A stretch of 64,000 bases of DNA from Escherichia coli O157:H7 (GTDB taxonomy: Bacteria; Pseudomonadota; Gammaproteobacteria; Enterobacterales; Enterobacteriaceae). Positions 12,806 through 27,782 of the stretch are shown here, piece after piece. The stretch lies in assembly GCF_013167455.1 (NCBI RefSeq), contig NZ_CP038328.1; one strand, 5' to 3'. Numbering within the stretch: the first letter of the stretch is position 1; every line of letters starts with the position of its first letter. Below the pieces are notes generated by a model. It was given only the letters and a program-made list of their open reading frames with translations, was not told the origin of the DNA and did no database searches. Made by a program: the position numbers and the translations under genes.

Positions 12806-14383
12806 ATGACGGAAAACATTCATAAGCATCGCATCCTCATTCTGGACTTCGGTTCTCAGTACACTCAACTGGTTGCGCGCCGCGTGCGTGAGCTGGGTGT
12901 TTACTGCGAACTGTGGGCATGGGATGTGACAGAAGCACAAATTCGTGACTTCAATCCAAGCGGCATTATTCTTTCCGGCGGCCCGGAAAGTACTACTGAA
13001 GAAAACAGCCCGCGTGCGCCGCAGTATGTCTTTGAAGCAGGCGTACCGGTATTCGGCGTTTGCTATGGCATGCAGACCATGGCAATGCAGTTGGGCGGTC
13101 ACGTTGAAGCCTCTAACGAACGTGAATTTGGCTACGCGCAGGTTGAAGTCGTAAACGACAGCGCACTGGTTCGCGGTATCGAAGATGCGCTGACCGCAGA
13201 CGGTAAACCGCTGCTCGATGTCTGGATGAGCCACGGCGATAAAGTTACCGCTATCCCGTCCGACTTCGTCACCGTAGCCAGCACCGAAAGCTGCCCGTTT
13301 GCCATTATGGCTAACGAAGAAAAACGCTTCTATGGCGTACAGTTCCACCCGGAAGTGACTCACACCCGCCAGGGTATGCGCATGCTGGAGCGTTTTGTGC
13401 GTGATATCTGCCAGTGTGAAGCCCTGTGGACGCCAGCGAAAATTATCGACGATGCTGTAGCTCGCATCCGCGAGCAGGTAGGCGACGATAAAGTCATCCT
13501 CGGCCTCTCTGGTGGTGTGGATTCCTCCGTAACCGCAATGCTGCTGCACCGCGCTATCGGTAAAAACCTGACTTGCGTATTCGTCGACAACGGCCTGCTG
13601 CGTCTCAACGAAGCAGAGCAGGTTCTGGATATGTTTGGCGATCACTTTGGTCTTAACATTGTTCACGTACCGGCAGAAGATCGCTTCCTGTCAGCGCTGG
13701 CTGGCGAAAACGATCCGGAAGCAAAACGTAAAATCATCGGTCGCGTTTTCGTTGAAGTATTCGATGAAGAAGCGCTGAAACTGGAAGACGTGAAGTGGCT
13801 GGCGCAGGGCACCATCTACCCTGACGTTATCGAATCTGCGGCGTCTGCAACCGGTAAAGCACACGTCATCAAATCTCACCACAACGTGGGCGGCCTGCCG
13901 AAAGAGATGAAGATGGGCCTGGTTGAACCGCTGAAAGAGCTGTTCAAAGACGAAGTGCGTAAGATTGGTCTGGAGCTGGGCCTGCCGTACGACATGCTGT
14001 ACCGTCACCCGTTCCCGGGACCAGGCCTTGGCGTTCGTGTTCTGGGTGAAGTGAAGAAAGAGTACTGTGACCTGCTGCGCCGTGCTGACGCCATCTTCAT
14101 TGAAGAACTGCGTAAAGCGGACCTGTACGACAAAGTCAGCCAGGCGTTCACCGTCTTCCTGCCAGTACGTTCCGTTGGCGTAATGGGCGATGGTCGTAAG
14201 TATGACTGGGTTGTCTCTCTGCGTGCTGTCGAAACCATCGACTTTATGACCGCACACTGGGCGCATCTGCCGTACGATTTCCTCGGTCGCGTTTCCAACC
14301 GCATTATCAATGAAGTGAACGGTATTTCCCGCGTGGTGTATGACATCAGCGGCAAGCCACCAGCTACCATTGAGTGGGAATGA
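12806..14383 (+). CDS. guaA: GMP synthase (glutamine-hydrolysing)
   Basis: Track ORF 525 aa; GATase domain plus ATP-PPase SGGVDS motif. Confidence 0.97.
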   Translation: MTENIHKHRILILDFGSQYTQLVARRVRELGVYCELWAWDVTEAQIRDFNPSGIILSGGPESTTEENSPRAPQYVFEAGVPVFGVCYGMQTMAMQLGGHVEASNEREFGYAQVEVVNDSALVRGIEDALTADGKPLLDVWMSHGDKVTAIPSDFVTVASTESCPFAIMANEEKRFYGVQFHPEVTHTRQGMRMLERFVRDICQCEALWTPAKIIDDAVARIREQVGDDKVILGLSGGVDSSVTAMLLHRAIGKNLTCVFVDNGLLRLNEAEQVLDMFGDHFGLNIVHVPAEDRFLSALAGENDPEAKRKIIGRVFVEVFDEEALKLEDVKWLAQGTIYPDVIESAASATGKAHVIKSHHNVGGLPKEMKMGLVEPLKELFKDEVRKIGLELGLPYDMLYRHPFPGPGLGVRVLGEVKKEYCDLLRRADAIFIEELRKADLYDKVSQAFTVFLPVRSVGVMGDGRKYDWVVSLRAVETIDFMTAHWAHLPYDFLGRVSNRIINEVNGISRVVYDISGKPPATIEWE

Positions 14384-14407
14384 TTTGACCCTGCACTATG
14401 AATGAAC

Positions 14408-14438
14408 AAAACCCTCTGTTACTACAGAGGGTTTTTTA
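14408..14438 (+). terminator. rho-independent terminator after guaA
   Basis: aaaaccctctg-ttacta-cagagggtttttt. Confidence 0.7.
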
Positions 14439-14475
14439 TCTTCAAGAATTATAGGCTTGAAGTTACTAACATCGA

Positions 14476-15015
14476 TTAATTAAACCAGCTGTCCGATTTA
14501 TTCTCTTCTGCTTTGCCCACGCTTTTCATCAGATCGCGACCGCCTTCAGTCATATTTCTGTTGGCGTCAGCTTCAGATTGCACGACATCAGTTTGCGCGG
14601 CTTTGTGCTTCAGCTCCTGATCGATAAATTCGTTTTCTCGCTTAACGCGGGCTTCTTCTTTTGCCAGCGCCAGTTTTTGTTTCTGAATCTCTAAGCTGCG
14701 TAGCTCATCTTCATAACTTTGATCGCGTTTTTTGTCCGCAGTGGCTTCGGCGTCCAGTTTATCCTGACGAGCTTTCTTATTTGCCGCTGCCGTTGCCGCT
14801 CTTTTGTTAGCGGCAGCCTGGGCATTTGCGCGACGTTGCTTCTCTTGCTGGATTTCCCTGTTGCGCTCCGCGACCCATTCGTCATGCTGCCTTTGCTCTT
14901 CATTTTTACCTTGCTGTTCCGCTTCTGCGACAGCAGAGAGTTGATCCTGCAATGATGAGGCGATAGCCGGATAGCTTAAGGAGGCTAAGATGGCGCAAAG
15001 AAAAACTTTCTTCAT
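14476..15015 (-). CDS. yfgI: YfgI, secreted/periplasmic coiled-coil Lys/Glu/Gln-rich protein
   Basis: Track ORF 179 aa; signal peptide; charged low-complexity body. Confidence 0.85.
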   Translation of the reverse strand: MKKVFLCAILASLSYPAIASSLQDQLSAVAEAEQQGKNEEQRQHDEWVAERNREIQQEKQRRANAQAAANKRAATAAANKKARQDKLDAEATADKKRDQSYEDELRSLEIQKQKLALAKEEARVKRENEFIDQELKHKAAQTDVVQSEADANRNMTEGGRDLMKSVGKAEENKSDSWFN

Positions 15016-15030
15016 GACTCCTCCTGATTA

Positions 15031-15549
15031 TTAGCTCTTTTCAGGACATTTGGTATTTGGCTGAATACGCGTTTCGTTATACGTCGTGGTAATAACAACG
15101 GCTAAACCTGTCGTAAACTGGCACTCTTTACCCACCTGAGTAGAGGTATACACTTTGGTGCCTTCCTTATACGTTAAAGAAACACCTTCCACTAAGGTTT
15201 TATCATTCATCATAGAACCCGCTGCCGCGCCTACAGCTCCGCCGCCAACTGCACCTGCCGTCGTTCCGGAATTGCTGCCAGACCCGACGTTGTGGCCGAT
15301 AACACCGCCAGCGACTGCGCCAATAAGCGCGCCGAAGGCTTGTGCGTTCCGTTTATTTTGGGAGTTGTCTACGGCAACTTTTGCGGGAAGAATGGAAATA
15401 ATATTAACGGTTTTAGTTTCTTGTTTGGTATTCAGTTGATCGGTTTGATAAACATCGGCGGCATGATCGTCAGCATTTGACTGGCATCCTGCCAGAGTGA
15501 ATGACGCTAACATTGCCACAGGCAGAAGACATTTTTTAAATTTCATCAC
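15031..15549 (-). CDS. yfgH: YfgH, glycine-zipper outer-membrane lipoprotein
   Basis: Track ORF 172 aa; lipobox LAGC; Gly-rich zipper segment. Confidence 0.85.
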   Translation of the reverse strand: MMKFKKCLLPVAMLASFTLAGCQSNADDHAADVYQTDQLNTKQETKTVNIISILPAKVAVDNSQNKRNAQAFGALIGAVAGGVIGHNVGSGSNSGTTAGAVGGGAVGAAAGSMMNDKTLVEGVSLTYKEGTKVYTSTQVGKECQFTTGLAVVITTTYNETRIQPNTKCPEKS

Positions 15550-15859
15550 TATTCCTTGTTATACACATTACGAAAAATAAGACATTTAAGATCATCAAAA
15601 GAGGAAAGTAAATGTATTGCGTATAAAGGGATGGATTAAATTTATTAAAATTCACGCCGGGAATAATTTATAAAAATACATCATTACAACATATATATTA
15701 ATTTTATATTTATTTCGCAGCCAAACAGGATAAACATCAGTCGGGACAAAGACGTATAATTTAAGATGAAAGAATATCTGCCGCTTTGATAATTCCAAAG
15801 AGCAAAAGCATCCGACAGCGAAGCGCCGTTATGTTCTGTGAAAGTGGAGAAGGTAACCG

Positions 15860-16051
15860 CTAACGTTGTACCGGTGATTCGACGGAGAGTGTGGATTGCT
15901 GAGCTTCTTTTTTGCTCTGATGGTGCTGCCAGGCACCGACGGACGAGTAGATAAAACGGCCAAAGAAGAAGATAAAGCTGATGAGCAGTACGATACGGGT
16001 CATGCGACTGTTAAATCGGTGTCGTTTTCGCATACTGGTTGCCTGACTCAC
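15860..16051 (-). CDS. yfgG: YfgG, small membrane protein
   Basis: Track ORF 63 aa with one hydrophobic helix; lies in an AT-rich region, so coding status is less certain. Confidence 0.65.
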   Translation of the reverse strand: MSQATSMRKRHRFNSRMTRIVLLISFIFFFGRFIYSSVGAWQHHQSKKEAQQSTLSVESPVQR

Positions 16052-16261
16052 AAAAGGTTCCTTGAAGTATGTCCCACGCCGTGGACGGTACTTACATTAA
16101 GGCACAACAGGACAAAATGGTCAATTCTTCGTTATGTAAAAAATCGTCAGTGGATACATATTTTAATGTTATGGAAGTTAATTTAATTATTTACAATGAT
16201 GATGTAATAATGATGAATTAACATGATAAACGTAATAATTCATTAATCAGGGTTATTTTGT

Positions 16262-16275
16262 TTGATATATATCAA
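16262..16275 (+). promoter_or_regulatory. FNR box TTGAT-ATAT-ATCAA upstream of pdeF, with candidate -10 TAGAAT at 16297-16302
   Basis: Perfect TTGAT-N4-ATCAA palindrome; centre about 32 bp upstream of the -10 candidate, as for class II FNR promoters; 128 bp upstream of the pdeF ATG. Confidence 0.55.
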
Positions 16276-16402
16276 TTGGAACTTTCATATGACACTTAGA
16301 ATCAATGCTCTCTATAGTGATGAATAATCATCATTCGAAGTCAGGTGGGATGCCTGTCTGAATACACCTCCTTCAGGATGTGGGGGATTCTGCTGAGCAT
16401 CT

Positions 16403-18646
16403 ATGAAACTGAATGCAACTTATATAAAAATACGTGATAAATGGTGGGGGCTTCCGCTGTTCCTGCCTTCTTTAATCTTGCCCATTTTCGCCCACATTAA
16501 TACTTTCGCGCATATTTCTTCCGGTGAGGTTTTTCTCTTTTATCTGCCTCTGGCACTGATGATCAGCATGATGATGTTTTTCAGCTGGGCGGCATTGCCA
16601 GGGATCGCCTTAGGGATTTTTGTCCGCAAATATGCAGAGCTGGGTTTTTACGAAACGCTCTCATTAACGGCTAATTTTATTATCATTATCATTCTCTGTT
16701 GGGGCGGTTACAGGGTCTTTACTCCCCGGCGTAACAACGTTTCACATGGTGATACCCGTTTAATTTCCCAGCGTATATTCTGGCAGATTGTGTTTCCTGC
16801 AACGCTGTTTCTGATACTTTTCCAGTTTGCTGCATTTGTAGGATTACTGGCGAGCAGAGAAAATCTGGTTGGCGTCATGCCTTTTAATCTCGGGACCTTA
16901 ATCAATTATCAGGCCTTACTGGTGGGCAATCTGATTGGTGTCCCGCTGTGCTACTTCATCATTCGGGTAGTGCGAAATCCGTTTTATTTACGTAGTTATT
17001 ATTCGCAATTAAAACAGCAGGTTGATGTCAAAGTCACCAAAAAAGAGTTCGCACTCTGGCTGCTGGCATTAGGTGCTTTACTGTTGCTGTTATGCATGCC
17101 GTTAAATGAAAAAAGCACAATTTTTAGCACCAATTATACCTTGTCATTATTGCTGCCCCTGATGATGTGGGGAGCGATGCGCTATGGTTATAAGCTGATT
17201 TCGCTGCTCTGGGCGGTCGTGTTGATGATCAGCATCCACAGCTATCAAAATTACATTCCCATTTATCCTGGCTATACCACGCAGCTGACCATAACCTCCT
17301 CCAGTTATCTGGTATTCTCTTTTATTGTCAATTATATGGCTGTACTGGCAACCCGTCAGAGAACGGTAGTCAGACGCATTCAGCGCCTTGCGTATGTGGA
17401 CCCGGTGGTTCATCTGCCAAATGTTCGCGCCCTGAATCGCGCGTTGCGTGATGCCCCCTGGTCTGCGCTTTGTTATTTACGCATCCCTGGCATGGAAATG
17501 CTGGTTAAAAACTATGGCATCATGCTGCGGATTCAATACAAGCAAAAACTTTCTCACTGGCTGTCACCCTTGCTGGAACCAGGTGAAGATGTTTATCAGC
17601 TTTCGGGTAACGATCTCGCGCTGCGACTGAATACAGAATCGCACCAGGAGCGCATTACCGCACTGGATAGCCATCTCAAGCAATTTCGTTTCTTTTGGGA
17701 TGGCATGCCGATGCAACCGCAGATTGGCGTCAGTTACTGCTATGTGCGCTCGCCAGTGAATCATATCTACCTGCTGCTGGGAGAGCTAAATACGGTCGCC
17801 GAACTTTCCATCGTGACCAACGCCCCGGAAAATATGCAGCGTCGCGGGGCAATGTATTTGCAACGCGAATTGAAAGATAAAGTCGCGATGATGAATCGAC
17901 TACAGCAGGCGCTGGAACACAACCATTTTTTCCTGATGGCCCAGCCGATTACCGGTATGCGTGGTGATGTTTACCATGAAATTCTTCTGCGCATGAAAGG
18001 TGAGAATGATGAACTAATCGGCCCCGATAGCTTCTTGCCGGTCGCGCACGAATTTGGTTTATCGTCGAGTATCGACATGTGGGTCATTGAGCATACGCTG
18101 CAATTTATGGCTGAAAACAGAGCGAAGATGCCCGCTCACCGTTTTGCTATTAATCTGTCTCCAACCTCGGTATGTCAGGCTCGTTTTCCTGTTGAAGTCA
18201 GTCAGTTGCTGGATAAATATCAGATTGAAGCGTGGCAACTTATTTTTGAAGTCACCGAAAGTAATGCTCTGACCAATGTTAAGCAGGCGCAAATCACCTT
18301 GCAGCATCTTCAGGAATTAGGCTGCCAGATTGCGATTGATGATTTCGGCACCGGCTACGCCAGCTATGCGCGGCTTAAAAATGTGAATGCCGATCTGCTT
18401 AAAATTGACGGCAGTTTTATCCGCAATATTGTGTCAAATAGTCTGGATTATCAGATAGTGGCATCGATTTGCCACCTGGCGCGAATGAAGAAAATGCGGG
18501 TAGTGGCAGAGTACGTTGAAAACGAAGAGATCCGCGAGGCGGTGCTCTCTTTGGGGATCGATTATATGCAGGGTTATCTTATTGGTAAGCCGCAACCGTT
18601 AATTGATACGCTGAATGAAATCGAACCCATTCGCGAAAGTGCCTGA
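16403..18646 (+). CDS. pdeF: c-di-GMP phosphodiesterase PdeF/YfgF (MASE1, degenerate GGDEF, EAL)
   Basis: Track ORF 747 aa; N-terminal multi-TM region, C-terminal EAL domain. Confidence 0.9.
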   Translation: MKLNATYIKIRDKWWGLPLFLPSLILPIFAHINTFAHISSGEVFLFYLPLALMISMMMFFSWAALPGIALGIFVRKYAELGFYETLSLTANFIIIIILCWGGYRVFTPRRNNVSHGDTRLISQRIFWQIVFPATLFLILFQFAAFVGLLASRENLVGVMPFNLGTLINYQALLVGNLIGVPLCYFIIRVVRNPFYLRSYYSQLKQQVDVKVTKKEFALWLLALGALLLLLCMPLNEKSTIFSTNYTLSLLLPLMMWGAMRYGYKLISLLWAVVLMISIHSYQNYIPIYPGYTTQLTITSSSYLVFSFIVNYMAVLATRQRTVVRRIQRLAYVDPVVHLPNVRALNRALRDAPWSALCYLRIPGMEMLVKNYGIMLRIQYKQKLSHWLSPLLEPGEDVYQLSGNDLALRLNTESHQERITALDSHLKQFRFFWDGMPMQPQIGVSYCYVRSPVNHIYLLLGELNTVAELSIVTNAPENMQRRGAMYLQRELKDKVAMMNRLQQALEHNHFFLMAQPITGMRGDVYHEILLRMKGENDELIGPDSFLPVAHEFGLSSSIDMWVIEHTLQFMAENRAKMPAHRFAINLSPTSVCQARFPVEVSQLLDKYQIEAWQLIFEVTESNALTNVKQAQITLQHLQELGCQIAIDDFGTGYASYARLKNVNADLLKIDGSFIRNIVSNSLDYQIVASICHLARMKKMRVVAEYVENEEIREAVLSLGIDYMQGYLIGKPQPLIDTLNEIEPIRESA

Positions 18647-18651
18647 ATAAT

Positions 18652-18678
18652 GCGGGCCGACATTTCTCGTCGGCCCGC
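18652..18678. terminator. hairpin between convergent pdeF and ppx (possible bidirectional terminator)
   Basis: Perfect 10-bp stem gcgggccgac/gtcggcccgc with 7-nt loop; weak U-tracts. Confidence 0.5.
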
Positions 18679-18684
18679 AAAGCA

Positions 18685-22297
<3,613 letters not shown>

Positions 22298-22425
22298 TAC
22301 CACTTTTACTCCGTTTTATTCACGGGACACTGCCTGGATATTATGGCGAGCAATATTGGCAGATGTCCAACTATGCCAGAAAAGGGGGAAAAAAACTGCT
22401 GGAGCTTGCGATTTACAGGTGAATT

Positions 22426-22452
22426 GAAAAACGCCAGCGGCAGAGCTGGCGC
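22426..22452 (-). terminator. terminator after purN (minus strand)
   Basis: Stem cgccagc/gctggcg followed on the minus strand by TTTTTC (plus-strand A-run 22426-22431). Confidence 0.55.
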
Positions 22453-22467
22453 TTTAACTACGGGGCA

Positions 22468-23105
22468 TTACTCGTCGGCAGCGTAGCCCTGCGGCGGCAG
22501 ACGTTGACCATCCAGCCACGCGGCGTTTTCGTGCATTTTCAGACGACCATCGGCAAACCAGCTAATCACCAGTGGATAAATGGCGTGTTCCTGGGTTTGC
22601 ACGCGGGCGGTGACGTCATCCTCCGTATCACCAGCAAATACCGGGACTTTCGCCTGTAAAATAACCGGGCCACCGTCCAGTTCATCGGTGACGAAATGCA
22701 CCGATGTACCGTGCTCTTCATCGCCATTTTCCAGCGCCTGACGATGGGGATGTAATCCGGGATATTTCGGCAGCAGAGAAGGGTGAATGTTCAGCAAACG
22801 CCCGGCATAGTGGGAGACAAATGCCGGGCTGAGAATGCGCATAAAACCAGCCAGCACGACCACATCGGGTGCGTACATGTCGATTTCATGAATCAACTCC
22901 CGGTCATAGGCTTCACGACTGTCAAACGCGCTGGCGATGAGCGTATGCGTTGCAATACCCGCCTGGCGGGCGCGTTCAAGGCCGAACGCGTCGGCCTTAT
23001 TGCTGAAAACTGCCCGTACGGTGCCTTTAATTTTGTTGGTTTTACAGGCGTCAATAATTGCCTGCAAATTACTTCCGTTGCCGGAAATAAGCACCACAAT
23101 ATTCA

Positions 23106-23106
<1 letters not shown>
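22468..23106 (-). CDS. purN: phosphoribosylglycinamide formyltransferase 1
   Basis: Track ORF 212 aa; start ATG shares one nt with the purM stop. Confidence 0.95.
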
Positions 23107-24161
<1,055 letters not shown>

Positions 24162-24206
24162 TTACTTGCGGTAGAAAAATAAAATTCGGCGCAATTCTAA
24201 CAGGGA

Positions 24207-24222
24207 AAGCAAACGTTTGCGA
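24207..24222 (-). promoter_or_regulatory. PurR operator (pur box) in the purMN promoter
   Basis: aAGCAAACGTTTGCGa matches the palindromic pur box consensus; about 64 bp upstream of the purM start. Confidence 0.7.
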
Positions 24223-24467
24223 GACTGCTTTACACAACCTTTTTGCACGTCTTTTCCCCAGGCGCGCGGCGAAAGAAGACTTGTGCCAGGGCAAAGGTTA
24301 GTTTTCGGATGGAATAATCTTCTTTCATAACCATTTGAATATAAAATAACTTTATCTCAAACCGTTATCATTTTGACTAAAGTCAACGAAAATAATATTG
24401 CCGCCTTGAAGAAAGGAGGTATAATCCGTCGATTTTTTTTGTGGCTGCCCCTCAAAGGAGAAAGAGT

Positions 24468-25094
24468 ATGAAGATCGTGGAAGTCAAACACCCACTCGTC
24501 AAACACAAGCTGGGACTGATGCGTGAGCAAGATATCAGCACCAAGCGCTTTCGCGAACTCGCTTCCGAAGTGGGTAGCCTGCTGACTTACGAAGCGACCG
24601 CCGACCTCGAAACGGAAAAAGTAACTATCGAAGGCTGGAACGGCCCGGTAGAAATCGACCAGATCAAAGGTAAGAAAATTACCGTTGTGCCAATTCTGCG
24701 TGCGGGTCTGGGGATGATGGACGGTGTGCTGGAAAACGTTCCGAGCGCGCGCATCAGCGTTGTCGGTATGTACCGTAATGAAGAAACGCTGGAGCCGGTA
24801 CCGTACTTCCAGAAACTGGTTTCTAACATCGATGAGCGTATGGCGCTGATCGTTGACCCAATGCTGGCAACCGGTGGTTCCGTTATTGCGACCATCGACC
24901 TGCTGAAAAAAGCGGGCTGCAGCAGCATCAAAGTTCTGGTGCTGGTAGCTGCGCCAGAAGGTATCGCTGCGCTGGAAAAAGCGCACCCGGACGTCGAACT
25001 GTATACCGCATCGATTGATCAGGGACTGAACGAGCACGGATACATTATTCCGGGCCTCGGCGATGCCGGTGACAAAATCTTTGGTACGAAATAA
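24468..25094 (+). CDS. upp: uracil phosphoribosyltransferase
   Basis: Track ORF starts at 24441; ATG 24468 preceded by AAGGAG SD gives [15 protein letters not shown]. Confidence 0.96.
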
Positions 25095-25111
25095 AGAATA
25101 AAAATAATTAA

Positions 25112-25140
25112 AGCCGACTTTAAGAGTCGGCTTTTTTTTG
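25112..25140 (+). terminator. rho-independent terminator/attenuator after upp
   Basis: agccgact-ttaag-agtcggct followed by eight T. Confidence 0.65.
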
Positions 25141-25179
25141 AGTAAAGCGCCTATAACACATAATACAGAGGATAATACT

Positions 25180-26469
25180 ATGACGCGCCGTGCTATCGGG
25201 GTGAGTGAAAGACCGCCACTTTTACAGACAATCCCGCTTAGTTTGCAACATTTGTTCGCCATGTTTGGTGCAACCGTCCTGGTGCCCGTCTTATTTCATA
25301 TTAACCCGGCGACTGTACTGTTATTTAACGGTATTGGAACGCTGCTGTATCTCTTCATCTGTAAAGGGAAAATTCCGGCTTATCTTGGTTCCAGCTTTGC
25401 CTTTATTTCACCGGTATTGTTACTGTTGCCGTTAGGGTATGAAGTCGCGCTGGGCGGCTTTATTATGTGCGGCGTGCTGTTCTGCCTGGTTTCTTTTATC
25501 GTGAAGAAAGCGGGGACCGGCTGGCTGGACGTGCTGTTTCCACCTGCGGCAATGGGCGCAATCGTTGCCGTCATCGGTCTGGAGCTGGCGGGCGTAGCTG
25601 CCGGTATGGCGGGTTTACTCCCGGCTGAAGGGCAAACGCCAGACTCCAAAACCATCATCATCTCTATTACCACCCTGGCGGTCACGGTTTTAGGTTCCGT
25701 GCTGTTCCGTGGTTTCCTGGCAATTATCCCGATTTTAATTGGCGTGCTGGTGGGGTACGCGCTCTCTTTCGCAATGGGAATTGTCGATACCACGCCGATT
25801 ATTAATGCTCACTGGTTTGCGCTGCCAACCCTCTATACGCCGCGCTTCGAGTGGTTTGCCATTCTGACTATTCTGCCAGCGGCGTTAGTGGTTATTGCCG
25901 AACACGTAGGGCACCTGGTAGTAACGGCTAATATCGTCAAAAAAGATCTGCTGCGCGATCCAGGTCTGCACCGTTCGATGTTTGCTAACGGCTTGTCGAC
26001 CGTGATCTCCGGCTTCTTTGGCTCCACGCCAAACACCACCTACGGGGAAAACATTGGCGTGATGGCGATCACCCGTGTTTACAGTACCTGGGTTATCGGC
26101 GGGGCGGCGATTTTCGCTATCCTGCTTTCCTGCGTCGGTAAACTGGCTGCCGCTATCCAGATGATCCCATTGCCGGTGATGGGCGGCGTTTCGCTGCTGC
26201 TTTATGGTGTCATCGGTGCTTCCGGTATTCGTGTTTTGATCGAATCGAAAGTGGATTACAACAAAGCACAGAACCTGATCCTGACTTCCGTGATTTTGAT
26301 CATCGGCGTCAGTGGCGCGAAGGTAAACATTGGCGCGGCGGAGCTGAAAGGTATGGCGCTGGCGACCATCGTCGGTATCGGCTTAAGTTTGATTTTCAAA
26401 CTGATTAGTGTGCTGCGCCCTGAAGAAGTGGTGCTGGACGCAGAAGACGCGGATATAACAGACAAATAA
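25180..26469 (+). CDS. uraA: uracil:H+ symporter
   Basis: Track ORF starts at 25138; recognised N-terminus [15 protein letters not shown] at ATG 25180; polytopic membrane protein. Confidence 0.94.
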   Translation: MTRRAIGVSERPPLLQTIPLSLQHLFAMFGATVLVPVLFHINPATVLLFNGIGTLLYLFICKGKIPAYLGSSFAFISPVLLLLPLGYEVALGGFIMCGVLFCLVSFIVKKAGTGWLDVLFPPAAMGAIVAVIGLELAGVAAGMAGLLPAEGQTPDSKTIIISITTLAVTVLGSVLFRGFLAIIPILIGVLVGYALSFAMGIVDTTPIINAHWFALPTLYTPRFEWFAILTILPAALVVIAEHVGHLVVTANIVKKDLLRDPGLHRSMFANGLSTVISGFFGSTPNTTYGENIGVMAITRVYSTWVIGGAAIFAILLSCVGKLAAAIQMIPLPVMGGVSLLLYGVIGASGIRVLIESKVDYNKAQNLILTSVILIIGVSGAKVNIGAAELKGMALATIVGIGLSLIFKLISVLRPEEVVLDAEDADITDK

Positions 26470-26563
26470 TGTACCGACCGGGCAGTGTTGCTGCCCGGTT
26501 CAAACATCATGGGATTCTGTGGTAAACTTCTCGCGATTTTGTGAAATCCTGGTTGAGGTATCT

Positions 26564-27265
26564 CTGAACACACCGGCACAGCTCTCTTTGCCACTTTATC
26601 TTCCTGACGACGAAACCTTTGCAAGTTTCTGGCCGGGGGATAACTCCTCTTTACTGGCCGCGCTGCAAAACGTGCTGCGTCAGGAACATAGCGGTTACAT
26701 CTATCTCTGGGCACGCGAAGGCGCGGGGCGCAGCCATCTGCTGCACGCGGCTTGCGCGGAATTGTCGCAGCGTGGCGATGCGGTGGGCTATGTCCCGCTG
26801 GATAAACGCACCTGGTTTGTTCCGGAAGTGCTCGACGGTATGGAGCATTTGTCGCTGGTCTGTATCGACAACATTGAGTGTATTGCAGGCGATGAGTTGT
26901 GGGAGATGGCGATTTTCGATCTCTACAATCGAATTCTGGAATCGGGCAAAACACGGTTGTTGATCACCGGCGATCGTCCACCGCGGCAGTTGAATCTGGG
27001 ATTACCGGATCTCGCGTCGCGACTCGACTGGGGGCAGATCTACAAATTGCAGCCACTTTCTGATGAAGATAAGTTGCAGGCGCTACAGTTACGCGCGCGT
27101 TTGCGTGGTTTTGAACTGCCGGAAGATGTGGGGCGTTTCTTGCTGAAGCGGCTCGACAGAGAAATGCGCACGCTATTTATGACGTTGGATCAGTTGGATC
27201 GTGCGTCGATTACCGCGCAACGTAAGCTGACCATTCCGTTTGTGAAAGAAATTCTGAAGTTGTAG
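26564..27265 (+). CDS. hda: DnaA-inactivating AAA+ protein Hda
   Basis: Track ORF from GTG 26519; recognised Hda sequence (…[18 protein letters not shown]…); start placed at the CTG at 26564 from recollection that Hda uses a non-AUG start; Walker A-like GAGRSHLL. Confidence 0.85.
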
Positions 27266-27279
27266 ATAAGGTGTTTATT

Positions 27280-27375
27280 GTCGGATGCGGCGCGAACGCC
27301 TTATCCGAACTACGCGAAGTTAATCCATAGAATTCGTAGGCCGGATAAGACGTGGCAAGCGTCGCATCCGGCAAT
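27280..27375. repeat. REP/BIME element between convergent hda and yfgD
   Basis: Two inverted REP-like units (gtcggatgcggcgcgaacgccttatccg… and …gtaggccggataagacg…gcgtcgcatccggc). Confidence 0.7.
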
Positions 27376-27402
27376 GTGCTTCAACTAGCGATGGAGCACA
27401 TC

Positions 27403-27762
27403 TTAACCCACGATTTCCAGTACCTGCTCCGGTGGACGACCAATCCGCGCTTTGCCATTCGCGACCACAATCGGGCGCTCCATCAGCTTCGGATTATCCA
27501 CCATTGCCTGAATCAGCGCCTCTTCGCTAAGCGAACTGTCAGCCAGGTTCAGTTCTTTATAAAGATCCTCTTTCTGGCGCATCAATTCACGGGCGCTATT
27601 CATCCCCAGCATTTTCAGCAAATCGCGCAGCGTTGCCGCATCGGCGGGTGTCTCAAGGTAGAGCACCACTTCTGGCTCCACGCCGTTTTCTTTCAGCAGG
27701 TTCAGCGTTTCCCGGCTCTTTGAACAGCGTGGGTTATGGTAGATTTTTACCTGTTTGGTCAT
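27403..27762 (-). CDS. yfgD: ArsC-family reductase-like protein YfgD
   Basis: Track ORF 119 aa; ArsC/Spx fold with N-terminal Cys (NPRCSKSRE). Confidence 0.9.
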   Translation of the reverse strand: MTKQVKIYHNPRCSKSRETLNLLKENGVEPEVVLYLETPADAATLRDLLKMLGMNSARELMRQKEDLYKELNLADSSLSEEALIQAMVDNPKLMERPIVVANGKARIGRPPEQVLEIVG

Positions 27763-27782
27763 TGTTCTTCCTTTAATGCGAA

